Assembly: GCF_030144855.1 (NCBI RefSeq)
Contig: NC_082730.1
Span: 13,640,001 to 13,704,000 of the forward strand
Direction: 5' to 3'
Length of the DNA stretch: 64,000 bases
Origin: Hypanus sabinus
Lineage: Eukaryota
Shown: positions 24,501 through 37,369 of the stretch, in pieces
How the letters are laid out: every line of letters starts with the position of its first letter
How positions within the stretch are numbered: the first letter of the stretch is position 1
Notes under the pieces: generated by a model
Told to the model about the DNA's origin: nothing
Databases searched by the model: none
The model's input: the letters and a program-made list of their open reading frames with translations, nothing else
Made by a program: the position numbers and the translations under genes

Positions 24501-27500
24501 ACAAGAGTTAACAAGGGAGGATTTGCAAAATTGCATCAAGTTATTCCACCAGGGCATGTGTGAAGAGCAAAGGTGGAGGAATAATAAGTCATATTATGTA
24601 TCATAAAGAGCATTTTAACTGGCTGCATCAACATCTGGTATGGATGGGCCACTGCACTGGATTGGAAAAAAACTGCAAAAGGTTGCAAACTTATGTGATC
24701 TCATCATGGGGTCTAACCACCCCAGCACTGAAAACATCTTTAAAAGGCATTGCCTCAAAAAGGCAGCATCCATTCTTAAGGACCCCAACACCCAGGATAT
24801 ACAATCTTCTCATTGCTGCCATCAGGGGGGAAGTACAAGAGCACTGAACCACACTCCCAATATTTTAGGAGCAGCTTTTTTCCCTCAACAATCAGATTTC
24901 TGAGTGCTCAACAAACTACCTATTTTACTTTTCCTGTCTTTATGCGCTACTTATAGAATTTATTTTAAAATATGTAACTTTCATTATTATGTATTGTACT
25001 GTACTGATGTCACAACACAACAAGTTTCATGACATACGTCAGTGATATTGCGTCTGATTCTGATCTTTATTTTGGGTTCATGGGCTGTCCATAAATCCTG
25101 ATGATGGAGCAGAAGGAGATGTAATTGAAGCATTGAGTGAGGGTGTTTAGGCTCCTCTAAATAGGGTCAATAGCATAACCAGTGTACAGTCTTTTTTCCC
25201 AGAGTTGGGGGATCAAGACTTAGACGACATAGGATTAAGGTGAGATGGGAGAGATTCATCAGGAAACTGAGGGCAAGATTTTCATCCAGAAGATGGTCAG
25301 TGTAGGAAATGAGTTGCCAGAAGAGGTGGCAGGAACATTAACAGGAATTACAAGATATTCTGACAGATACATAGATAGGAAAGGTTTAGTGGAATATGTG
25401 CTAAACACTGGCACATGTGACTAGCTTAAATGGGAATCTTGGCTAGCATAGACCAGATGGGCTAAAGGACTCATTTGACTCTACCTCTTGATGTTTCCCG
25501 CAGATGTATTGACCCACATTGAGACTCTGTCCTACCCTGCAAGGTATTGTTCACAAGTGATATCATGGCTCTTAACCTGACACGTTAGTTAAGTAAGTGC
25601 TTTCCCAACAGTACCTCAACAGAGCAGGTCACAATAAGCCTAGAGAGCGTTACTGCTTGGCAAACAGAATTCACTGCACACCGTAGTATAATATTAGTGA
25701 TGGAGATGTCATGGTGAAAACTTCAGGGAATACTCTCTGAGTGGTGATAGTTGGAGGAAGATGTTCTTATTTCACAATGAAAAGCATAACAAATGTAATA
25801 TAAACCGAGCATGATAAAATACAGCAAAGTGTTTAAGTCAGGGGTTTCCAATTTGGAGTCCATGGATTCTTTGGTTAATGGAAGGAGTCCATGGTATAAA
25901 AAAAGCTGTGAAACCCTCCCTGGTTAAAGTGGAAAATTTCCCTCTGGAACTCCAGTTTGAATCTGGCATAAAAACATTGGTTATTGCCTCATTTGCCATT
26001 TGGTTTGTTTAAAGTCAACCCCTTCATATGCATTGTGTGTTCGAAAGCAAATACAAAAATCTATCAAACTTCTCTCATGTGTAAAACAGTTTTGAGAACA
26101 GTATACCTCATTTCTTGATGGTACTCATGGATCGTGTAGCTGTTTGTATATCTGTAAAAGGCACAAAAGTATATTTAGCTCTTAATGAGATATAGGAGTT
26201 AAATTCAGCTTCACTTGCTTCTCAGTTGAAGATAGAGCAAAATTCTTGCCGAGTGAAGAGCCGATTGGTTTCATGGAAGAGCTTATAAACGTAGCCATTA
26301 CCCGTACATACGTGATGCAAGGTGCAGGAGTATCTGAACATTAGGAGACTCTTAAGGCTGAAGGGCCTGTTTGACCTGCTACTAACAATGATTAACTTTA
26401 CTGATAATGTTCATTTTGTCACATTTACTGATCATTTTCATGTCCTTCCTATTTCTCAGCACTGCTGATGCCAAAATGTCATTGGGGCAGCTAAAGTGCT
26501 TAGAATGTTGAGTTCATGAGGCAGATGGTTTGTTGTTCCAGATTCCAGCATCAGCAGTCTCCAGCGTCTCAACTAATGATAGTGCTTCTCACATTTGTCA
26601 TAATGGAAATTTGCAGCAGCACAATTCTCCTAACAGCTGTCATTTTTGTTTATTTTTATTATTTTATTTATCTGGAGATTCAATGTGGAATAGGCCCTTC
26701 TGGCCCAATGAGCCATATGGCTCAACAATACACTTATTTAACCCTAACATAATCATAGGACACTTCACAATGATCAATTAACCTGCCAACTAGTACATGT
26801 TTGGACTGTGGGAGGAAACCCGTGTGTTCACGAGGAGGATGTAAAAACTCCTTTCAGAGAACACTGGGATTGTATTCAGATCTCTGACGCCCCAGCTGTA
26901 ATAACATTGTGCAAACTGATGTGATACCATGGTGCCATTCCTCACATCACCTATTTTGCAGTAAGTTACGTTTTGTTACTATGTCAAAGAGAGGTGGAAA
27001 CTCTCCTTAGGAAAGGCACAACAAATATGAACGGCTTTGGTAGTTTACTTCAGTGCTGCTCTTCTGTTTCTCTCATCATTGCTAAAACATTCTAACCCTG
27101 ATAATATCTTGGAGAAAATCTTCAGCAACTTTTCCAGAACTAAGAAATGATCGTTGGAGACTACATCTCACAATTCTATGTAATTAAAAGCCCCATAATT
27201 TAGAAAGACAAGATTGATTTCTACAAGATTCTGCTTAGAGCAGAAATTCCTACAGAAGTTAGAGGATTTGGCCCAGAACATCATGGGGAAAACTTTTTCA
27301 ACCATAGAGTACATCTACATGAAGTGTTGCCACAGAAAAAACAGCCTCCATCCTCAAAGGTCATTACCATCCAGGCCATGGTTTACTCTTGCTGCTGCCA
27401 TCAAGTAGAAGGGACAAGAGCCTGGGGACTGGCACCACCACGTTCAAGAACAGTTACCCCTCAACCATCCGGCCCTTGAACAATAGGGGATAGCTACACT

Positions 27501-27867
27501 CATTTAAAGATGATTTTATCTTGTTACTTCATGCTCACTTTGAACTTTGAACTTTGTAACATTGACAAAGTTTTAATTCCATTTTCCATGAGATTCAATG
27601 CCTGCTTTCAATGCAAACTAATTGAGAGAAACTGGACATTGGTAGTGTCTCAGACTGAATGAAAGTTCTTAGGCAGAAAGCAGCAATGTAACTTCACACA
27701 ACAAAGCAATACTGCGGTTATAAAAAGGTTTCAAGAGGCCACATATTCCAGAGAGTGACAACCATTCTCATTCCAAACATTTACCACAATCTGAGATGGG
27801 GGAAAATCGCTGCTCCAACACAAACAGGAACCCAAAAGAACAGTCCAATATATTATTCACCAAGCAA

Positions 27868-27967
27868 CTAAACAGTCTCTCTCATCAGCACCGGCAGGAG
27901 ACTACCACCTGGACAAAATAGACAGACGCTCATGACCATCTGCTCCAAGGACAATGGTAGCAGCCAC
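27868..27967 (-). CDS. Gene C candidate TM/short-tail exon, WLLPLSLEQMVMSVCLFCPGGSLLPVLMRETV*
   Basis: Paralog of 5283-5382 with the same acceptor, phase and stop; carries a Glu inside the hydrophobic stretch. Confidence 0.45.
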
Positions 27968-28973
27968 CTGGAAGCAAAACTATTGGATGTTGACATCTGT
28001 CACATAAATAAGATCCTTGCTCAGTTGGTGTCAATCGTAAGGATCACCTGACTGGAATTTGCTCCACGATTATTTGAAGCTGTGCAAAAACATTAACGGT
28101 GATGATGCTTGAAGGACTGATTATGTAGATTCAGATTATTTGTGTCTGACTGCTTTGAATCGACAGTGGGATGTTTTCATACCACGTGTACTGAATGAGA
28201 AAGGTTCCCTGGACAGATTCACAGGACACTGGGTGCTGGTGACGAGTGGTGTTGGTATTGTGACTGCTTCTTTTCACATTACATGGAGACAAATTAGTTG
28301 ACCGAGTTGATGGCTTTGTGACCAGGTTTGCAGATGGTACAAAGATAGGTGGTGGGACAGATAAGTGCTGTGGCAGTATGCAGTCTGTAGCAGGACTTAA
28401 TCAGATTGGGAGGACAGATAAGGACTGTCAGATGGGATATTGTGAGAGAACTACATGGTCATGCACTTTGGTAGAAGAAATAAACATCTGAATGGTGAGA
28501 TAACTCAACATCGGAGGTGCAAAGACAGCAGATTTCATGACATATGTAGGAGATATTGTCCCTGGAGGGATGATAGCAGGTGTATCATATTCTGTTTGAG
28601 TAGCTTGCAGTATGATCACTCTATTCCAGCATGATGTTCTCCTAATTGGTTGTCTATTGGTCCTCAGGAGGCTGCAAAGTCCAGTCCAGGATCCACACAT
28701 CCTCGTGCAGTGTAGACACAAGAAAGTGGTGTTTCTGGTTCGTGGTTGGTTCCTTTGGCCGTGCCTTCTCCCCGTTTGCAGCTGCAGCTTGTTCTCTGCC
28801 GCACACTGGAGGTTGCTCTCAGGAAGCACATCTCCCTCTTGAACTACATGATCATGCACTTTGGTAGAAGGAATAAACATCTCTTCTGAATGGTGAGATA
28901 ATTCAATATTGGAGGCGCAAGGGGACTTGGTAACTTTGAGGCATATAGACCATGAGTAATACTTGTATCTCAC

Positions 28974-29019
28974 TGATTTGGTATTGCTGGATTATTAGTT
29001 TCAGTCTGAATGTAAACCT
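28974..29019 (-). CDS. Gene C candidate stalk exon (E)VYIQTETNNPAIPN(Q)
   Basis: 46 nt, phase 1-2, open. Acceptor ccctgtcag and donor gtgaga; the flanking AG and GTGAGA are conserved in three paralogs. Confidence 0.55.
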
Positions 29020-29253
29020 CTGACAGGGTGACATTTCACACGGTTCAGAGGCAGGAAAATGTGCTGAGCCTCCGGTGTCCTGTCAGAGGGTCAGACGCTG
29101 CATGGGATGAGAGCAACAGGAATGGGTTTTCTTGACCCCAGCCCACTCCCCACAGGACTACTGCAGAGCTTCAGGATATCCTTGCCATCCTGACCCCTCC
29201 CAGAGAAAACATAAAGTTTAATTGGAGCACAAAGTTATCCACTGGAAACCTAC

Positions 29254-29568
29254 CATTAGACACTTGTAGATATACATTAAATATCGGATCATGACGTGTT
29301 GTTGTAATTCCACAGCTGTACCATCCTGTATCTTCAGAGTGAAGATCCTCCATAGTAACAGTAAATATTCCCTGTTCCGGGTTATCTGTGATTGACATTC
29401 ATTCACTCCATCCATGTTGATCATTTGTTTCCACTAAATCTGTACATTGGTCAGTCCATCCACGGCACCAATACTTTGCACGTGAAAGGTACTTTGCTTC
29501 ATAGTGACAATCGATTGTGATCGCTCTTCCCACGAGTCCTGTTACATTTCTCTTCACCCACAATGCAC
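29254..29568 (-). pseudogene. Gene C Ig V-set exon with premature stop (chimeric D1/D2)
   Basis: 315-nt phase 1-1 exon ALWVKRNVTG...KYWCRGWTDQC...HGWSE*MSITDNPEQGIFTVTMEDLHSEDTGWYSCG...YLQVSN. TGA at 29399-29401 corresponds to CGA (Arg) in gene A. Confidence 0.9.
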
Positions 29569-32500
29569 CTGAAACTGAGGGAGAAATAATTGAAATTGCA
29601 GTAACAAATGTGGTTTTTCATTCTGACACAATTGAAGACCCTGTATTGGTCACACCTGTAATGTGAACAAGTCATGTCTCCTTTGGTTCCTTAAGGTCGT
29701 TATAGCTAGGAGAGGGCGGCTGTGGAGATTAGGTCATATCACCGATTAAGTGCTGTGTGTCTCAGTGTTGTGTGTCTCAAATAGACTGACAACCCAGTAC
29801 AACTCCTGGCCTTCACATATGGCTTTGCGATTAAGCCCAGTGGAACTGTTTCTACTGACAGGAGAGGGGACAGAGGCAAAATCCAGAGCTGGAGTCCCTA
29901 CGGCAGTCCAAAGTTGCTTTCAAGGCTGAGTATCAAGAACTCTGATGCCACTGGTGTCAAACTGTATCAGTTTCTGTCGTTCATCTGGATTCATTGGGAG
30001 TGTGCAGAGAAGGAGCTTTCTGCTAGGGAATGAGCCGGCTCTCCATATCAGATACCCTGTCTTGCATCCTGGTTTGCATATCACATAACAGAGAGAGTGT
30101 GACTATGATTCAGAGACTGACGACTATGTTTTAGCGCCTAACTGTAACCATCTACTCCAGACCATTGAAGAATATTTGATGATGAGACTGAAATATACGA
30201 AATCCTGCTGGGCCTTGCCAGGGTAGTGGCAGGGATGATATTTGGATCACCTGGACAATACAAATACGTATGTCAGGATGCTGTTGATTGACTACAGCTC
30301 CGTGTTTAACGCAATCATTTCTACAGTTCTGATTGAAAAGCTCCAGAACATTGGCCTCTGTACCTCCCTCTGCAACTGTATCCTCAAGTTCCTAACTGGA
30401 AGACCTCAATCTGTGCGGATTGGGAATAACATCTCCACCTCGTGGCCAATCCACACTGAAGCACCTCAGAGATATGTGCTTAGCCCTGTCTCTGTCTACT
30501 GTCTCTACACCCATGTAACTGTGTGGCTAGGCACAGTTCAGGTGCCATCTATGAACTTGCTGATCAGACAATTATTGTTGGCAGAATTTCAGATGGTGAT
30601 GAGAGGGCATACAGGAGTGAGATATATCAGCTGATTGAGCTCTGCCATCTGATTTCCGAATGGACATTGAACCCAAGAACACTACCACACTACTTCTTGT
30701 TTCTATTTCTGCACTAATTTAATTTTACTTTATATATAAGTTTACTGTGATTCACCTCTTTTCATTTTCTATGTATTGCAAAGACAGCAGATTTCATGAC
30801 ATATGTAGGAGATATTGTCCCTAGAGGGATGATAGCAGGTGTATCATATTCTGTTTGAGTAGCTTGCTGTATCATCACTCTATTCCAGCATGATGTTCTC
30901 CTAATTGGTTGTCTATTGGTCCTCAGGCGGCTGCCAAGTCCGGTCCAGGATCCACACATCCTCGTGCAGTGTAGACACAAGAAAGTGGTGTCTCTGGTTC
31001 GTGGTTGGTTCCTTTGGCCGTCCATGCTCCCCGTTTGCAGCTGCAGCTTGTTCTCTGCCACACACTGGAGGTTGCTCTCATGTAGCGCATCTCCCTCTTG
31101 AACAGATTTCTTCCAGGTACATCTATTGAGCACAATGTCTTCCCAGCTTTATGATATAATGTTGAATTTCTTCATTCTGATAAAACCACAGAACTATAGA
31201 ACGTTACAGACACTTCTTGGCTGTGCCGAACCATTTTTCTGCCTAGTCCCGATGACCTGTACCTGGACTTTATCCCTCCATACCCCTCTCATCCATGTAC
31301 CTGTCCGAGTTTTTCTTAAATGTTAAAAGTGAGCCCGCATTTACCACTTCATGCGGCAGCTCATTCCACACTCCCACCTCTCTCTGTGTGAAGAATCCCC
31401 CCACTAATGTTCCCTTTAAACATTTCCCCCTTCACCCTTAATCCATGTCCTCTGGTTTTTTTCTCACCTAGCCTCAGTGGAAAAACCTGTTTGCTTTCAC
31501 TCTATCTATACCTATCATATTTTCATATACCTCTATGAAATTTCCCCTCATTCTTCTACGCTCCAGGAAATAACATCCTAACCTATTCAACCTTTCTCTG
31601 TAACTCAGTTTCTCAAGTCCCAGCAACATCCTTGTAAACCTTCTCTGCACTCTTTCAACCTTATTAATATCCTCCCTGTAATTAGGTGACCAAAACTGCA
31701 CACAATACTCCAAACTCGGCCTCACCAATGTCTTATACAACCTCACCATTACATTCCAACTCTTATACTCAATACTTTGATTTATAAAGGCCAATGTACC
31801 AAAAGCTCTCTTTCCAATGCTATCCACCTGTGACGCCACTTTTAGGATATTATGTGTTCCCAGATCCCTCTGTTCTACTTCATTCCTCAGTGTCCTACCA
31901 TTACCTTGTATGTTCTACCTTGGTTTGTCCTTCCAAAGTGCAATACCTCACGCTTGTTGATGACGATATTGGAAATTTTTTGTTGTTGTCCACCAGGAGT
32001 AGTTTGTTGAACCTCCATCATCTGGAATAAATGATTTAGTTGGGGGGGGGGGGTTGGAGTCATGATTTAGGCATTCAAATGACATGACCAATGCATCAGA
32101 TTTTCCATTGGTTATCGTGGTAGAAATGCGGCTCATTTTGTCCTCCTCCATTACATTGGTGTTAGTGCATCTGTTTTTAATCTGTAAAATCTTTTCCAAG
32201 GTTCTTTGGAGGGATTTTTCCAGGGCCTTTCAGCTGGTCCATAATTCAGCTCCATTCTGTAATCGGGTAATGATCTGAGCAGGTGATGTTTGAACCAGAG
32301 AGTGGAGGATCGACAGACTCTGATGTAGAGATAGCAACTGGAGTTTATTCATAAGGATTCCAACAGGGCATTGGTGGCTCGTCCAAGCAACACCACGAGA
32401 TGTAACGTTTTCAAATCTAGGACCCTGTGATTAGCGCTAATTAGCCGTGCAATTAAATAATATAAGTAAAATGGAATCCCTGAGACTATCAAAATAAACT

Positions 32501-34144
32501 TAACAAGCTTCAGGAGGAACACCATGAAACTGCATTACAACCAGCGAGATGCTCGAGTGAAACACAAGGAACTCTGAACAAATAATGAATTACCCGATTC
32601 AGGTGCTCTGAAACCATCAGAACCCAATGTGTTTTGGGTCCCCGAACAGGCTCTGAGAGCTCTTTACAAATGTAGGAAGGACGAGTATTTGATGGAGGAG
32701 AGGTTTTGCAGGTTATGGTCTTCAAGGACTCGTTCCCTTAATGTTGCACAGGGTCCATAAGCATTACTCTGGCGGTATGTTATAATCCAGTTTCGAGTAA
32801 CTCAAACCTCTGTGTTCCTTCACCATTCACTCAGGTCAACCCAGGTTTCTCTTCCATTCTTCATGTTTCTGAACTCATCACTTCCTGTCTGGATAGAAGG
32901 TCTTCATTGAAAACATCCCTGAGCCTCCTCACATGCTTCCTATTCCCCCCCACAGTGTTCTTCACATAGTTGATATTTTGCTCGGGATCCAACATCCACA
33001 GTTTCTTGTGCCTCGCTATCAGAGGAGGCAGGAACAGCCATTGGGAACTCAAACAAGAAACGTGACAAGCACATGGATGAAAGGAAATGGAGGGCTAGGT
33101 GGGATGGGAGTGTTAGATCGATCTCGGAGTCAGGACAACATTGTGGGACAAGGAGCCTGAACGGTCCGGTGCTGATCTATAATCTAAATATTCTTTCAGA
33201 GGAAAGAAGAGTTGCTGGAATTTTCTAACCAATAGTTCTTACCACATTCCTACTGACTCCCAGCCCCACCACCAGAGACTCTATCATACACTTGTCATCC
33301 CATCATCTGTGGCCCACTAACTCACCAATATGAATAGTTTTGGACGTGGTGGGGGTTTGAAACACATGGAGGAAAACCAAGCAGTCATAGGGAGGCTGAA
33401 AAGCTCAAGGACGGAAATGGGCCGTGTGAGCTGTGAGACAGCAGCTCAGCTGGTGGTGCCTTGTGCCTGCCTCTCATTGACTGTTGAAGAAGGCACAAGT
33501 GCTCTCTGCAGAAACAAATCCACTTTAAAATGAAATTCCTATTGCGCCTAAGAGGAATATCCCCACTACAGTGAAGCAAACAGTTATATTCCAGAAAGGG
33601 AGCTATGAACAAAAACATGAACGCAGCCAGTTATCAAGTCCACAGAATATGCCCCAATGCTTCATGATTAAAGACTTGTTTGGTATTGCTATTGTGTTAG
33701 GTGTGTCTGTGTTCTAAGTCCATGCACTTCTTTGGTTCATTTTCCCTCCAGATACCTGAGCAGAAAGTCTGGGCTGATCTTCCGATGCAGTACTGAGGGA
33801 GTGTGCCAGTGTTGAAGGTGCTGCCTTTCATTCAACCCAGATCCTAATATACTGCTCAAATGCACACAAACATCCCATGGTACAGGTTATCTTTCCATCA
33901 TTGCATTAATGTTTGCTTAATTGTTGAAAAATTTTGACCATTTATGAGGTTAAATAGTCATTGTAAATTGTCCTGTATCGGGCTAGGGTTAAATTAGGGG
34001 TTGCTGTGCAGCGCGGTTTGTTTGATTGGAAAGGCATTTTCTGTGGTCTACCTCTAAATAAATTAATAAATAAATATAAGGTATATAAAATCGCAATATT
34101 TCATTAAATTCCTCAATGCCAGAGCCTTCTAAGTACTCCAGCCC

Positions 34145-34362
34145 TGTTATGTTTCATAACTCCAAATCATAAAATTTATTCGAGGAAAAAGACAGAATTC
34201 AAGAGATGCTAGTTTGTTTTTTACTTTGAGCAAGGTGTGCATGTATCGCACGATAGCCTCATGATATATGAAATTCAGTTGCTTTTACATATAACCCATA
34301 ATAGATTATTTAAACAAACATGAATTCTTAATCAAATGATATACTTAAAATATTACTCAACA
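34145..34362. mobile_element. Solo LTR with 5-bp TSD AGCCC (paralogous to 13314-13562)
   Basis: TGTTATG...CAACA with AGCCC at 34140-34144 and 34363-34367. Confidence 0.8.
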
Positions 34363-34885
34363 AGCCCCGCCACTAAGCTTGTATCTGAACTGCCCTCTGA
34401 AATGGCCCAGGCAAACACACACGGCTCAGAGCAATAAATTCCACCCTGGCCCCTAAACCTCACCAGAGAATGAATTTAAAAATCCAAAGGATTTTTGAAT
34501 GACATGGCAGGTTTAATATGGGTGTGAGTAAAATACACCTATGTGGGTGGCTAGAGACAAGAATGAGAAGCAACTGCAAACATTTTTCTTTTACACACAG
34601 ATTACGTACATTGCATTATGATGTTATTATGATATTGCATGGCATTAGGTATCCCTTCTGTTTCATTCACACTTGAGTGCCTGTGTACTGGTGTGGATTT
34701 GTGTGCTATGCTCCTATGGAAAGAAGGAAATTGCAAGACCATTCCCCAGTACTTAACAATAATTTTTGCTGAATATTTTCTGCCTTTATAATCTACACAT
34801 TTTTAACTATCATTGCTGTGGAAATAGAGCATGAGATCCAAATTAACACTCTTTATCAGAATGTCTATGTCTGGCGGTCACTCAC

Positions 34886-34922
34886 TGGGCAGGGAACAGA
34901 TGAGAAGAATCGGAACCCACAT
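34886..34922 (-). CDS. Gene C leader exon, MWVPILLICSLP+S
   Basis: ATG at 34922, 37 nt, donor A|GTGAGT; homologous to 17146-17182. Confidence 0.85.
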
Positions 34923-35014
34923 TGCGTTGGCTGTACAGATGAGACCAGCAACTTGACTGTTCCTCAAAGTTTAGCTCTTAGTGTAAAATAACTTTAGAAC
35001 AGAAATGTTATGGT

Positions 35015-35070
35015 GAAAATAAATGAGGAAGAAGGCAGTCAGAAGCCCAGTTGTGTAACCACAGTGAAGC
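35015..35070 (-). promoter_or_regulatory. Putative proximal promoter of gene C (GAGGAA, RUNX-like AACCACA)
   Basis: GAGGAA at 35025-35030 and AACCACA at 35057-35063. Confidence 0.4.
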
Positions 35071-35840
35071 AACAGATGTTTACTAAGAAATTGAAATTTT
35101 CTCAGTGCATTTATGGAATAAATCTATTTTCACTGAATGGTGAGCATGGTGGAAAGACACCCTGAGCACAACCTAAAATTATCTCAATTCAGAGGTAAAA
35201 TTTACGAGGTAAAGATTTCGGATGATGACATTTCATCTCAATTTTTCTGAAGGAATCTGATTGTCTTGAAAGACTAAATGTTTCTTCCTTCAAAATTTGC
35301 TGTCAGTGGATTGCAGCAGGAATGTCCAAGTGGCTGCATGCCGGTTGCTCTCCACGAATCAGCGATCATGTTCACAAAACTAAATGATCAGCAACATCAG
35401 CAAAACAAAAATGGACTTTAATTGATTAAATTTCAAATTAGTAACATTGAAAACATTGCATTACACTCTAAGATTAACGTTCAAAGCTGTAACCTGTGCC
35501 TGAGATGGAATCTCACACGTAGGATAAAGGTCTTTCTCATGAATCAATTATAGGAATCTCAGTGACAATACACTCCACTCGTTTTGGCTACTATGTGGAC
35601 TCTACAGTCCCAATTAAAGGGGCATAATTCTTCAGTGCCTCTCAGTTCAAAGTTTCAAGTTTCAAAGTACGTTAATTATCAAAGAACGTATGCATTATAC
35701 TGAAAGAATGCTTTTCTTTCAGTGGTCAGTATGTTTGAAAGCATTCATGGAAGCCATGTGGCCACAATCAGTACTTCTCAGATCTCCAGGAAACTATCTT
35801 AGTTTTTTTTTGTGAACCATTGGTTTGAGATACTCCAGCA

Positions 35841-37369
35841 GAGCAAAGAGCAGCCAACACCCAACACTCCATATCAGATAACTGAGCAAAGTGCAGCCAT
35901 CGCCCCACACTCCATATCAGATAACTCCATATCGTCCCACACTCCATATCAGATAACTGAGCAAAGGGCAGCCATCGCCCCACACTCCATATCAGATAAC
36001 TCCATATCGCCCCACACTCCATATCAGATAACTGAGCAAAGTGCAGCCATTGCCCCACACTCCATATCAGATAACTCCATATCGCCCCACACTCCATATC
36101 AGATAACTCCATATCGCCCCACACTCCATATCAGATAACTGAGCAAAGTGCAGCCATTGCCCCACACTCCATATCAGATAACTCCATATCGCCCCACACT
36201 CCATATCAGATAACTGAGCAAAGTGCAGCCATTGCCCCACACTCCATATCAGATAACTCCATATCGCCCCACACTCCATATCAGATAACTCCATATTGCC
36301 CCACACTCCATATCAGATAACTGAGCAAAGTGCAGCCAACACCCCACACTCCATATCAGATAACTCCATATCGCCCCACACTCCATATCAGATAACTGAG
36401 CAAAGTGCAGCCATTGCCCCACACTCCATATCAGATAACTGAGCAAAGGGCAGCCAACACCCCACACTCCATATCAGATAACTCCATATCGCCCCACACT
36501 CCATATCAGATAACTGAGCAAAGGGCAGCCAACACCCCACACTCCATATCAAATAACTCCATATCGCCCCACACTCCATATCAGATAACTGAGCAAAGGG
36601 CACCCAACACCCCACACTCCATATCAGATAACTCCATATCGCCCCACACTCCATGTCAGATAACTGAGCAAAGTGCAGCCATTGCCCCACACTCCATATC
36701 AGATAACTGAGCAAAGGGCAGCCAACACCCCACACTCCATATCAGATATCTCCATATCACCCCACACTCCATATCAGATAACTCCATATCACCCCACACT
36801 CCGTATCAGATAACTGAGCAAAGGGCAGCCAACACCCCACACTCCATATCAGATAACTCCATATCGCCCCACACTCCATATCAGATATCTCCATATCGCC
36901 CCACACTCCATATCAGATAACTGAGCAAAGGGCAGCCAACACCCCACACTCCATATCAAATAACTCCATATCGCCCCACACTCCATATCAGATAACTGAG
37001 CAAAGGGCACCCAACACCCCACACTCCATATCAGATAACTCCATATCGCCCCACACTCCATGTCAGATAACTGAGCAAAGTGCAGCCATTGCTCCACACT
37101 CCATATCAGATAACTGAGCAAAGGGCAGCCAACACCCCACACTCCATATCAGATATCTCCATATCACCCCACACTCCATATCAGATAACTCCATATCACC
37201 CCACACTCCATATCAGATAACTGAGCAAAGGGCAGCCAACACCCCACACTCCATATCAGATATCTCCATATCACCCCACACTCCATATCAGATATCTCCA
37301 TATCACCCCACACTCCATATCAGATAACTCCATATCACCCCACACTCCATGTCAGATAACTGAGCAAAG
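35841..37369. repeat. Compound minisatellite of 32-bp and 43-bp units sharing a 24-bp core
   Basis: Core CCCCACACTCCATATCAGATAACT followed by CCATATCG (32-mer) or GAGCAAAG(T/G)GCAGCCA(TTG/ACA) (43-mer); 407-bp higher-order duplication. Confidence 0.97.

Noticed and set aside
35768-37142. Repetitive ORFs (SDMECGAIWSYLIWSVG..., HTPYQITEQ...) on both strands
   Set aside because: They are by-products of the minisatellite (32+43=75 nt keeps frame). The array also superficially resembles CRISPR, but the inter-repeat segments are two recurring variants, not unique spacers, and there are no cas genes.
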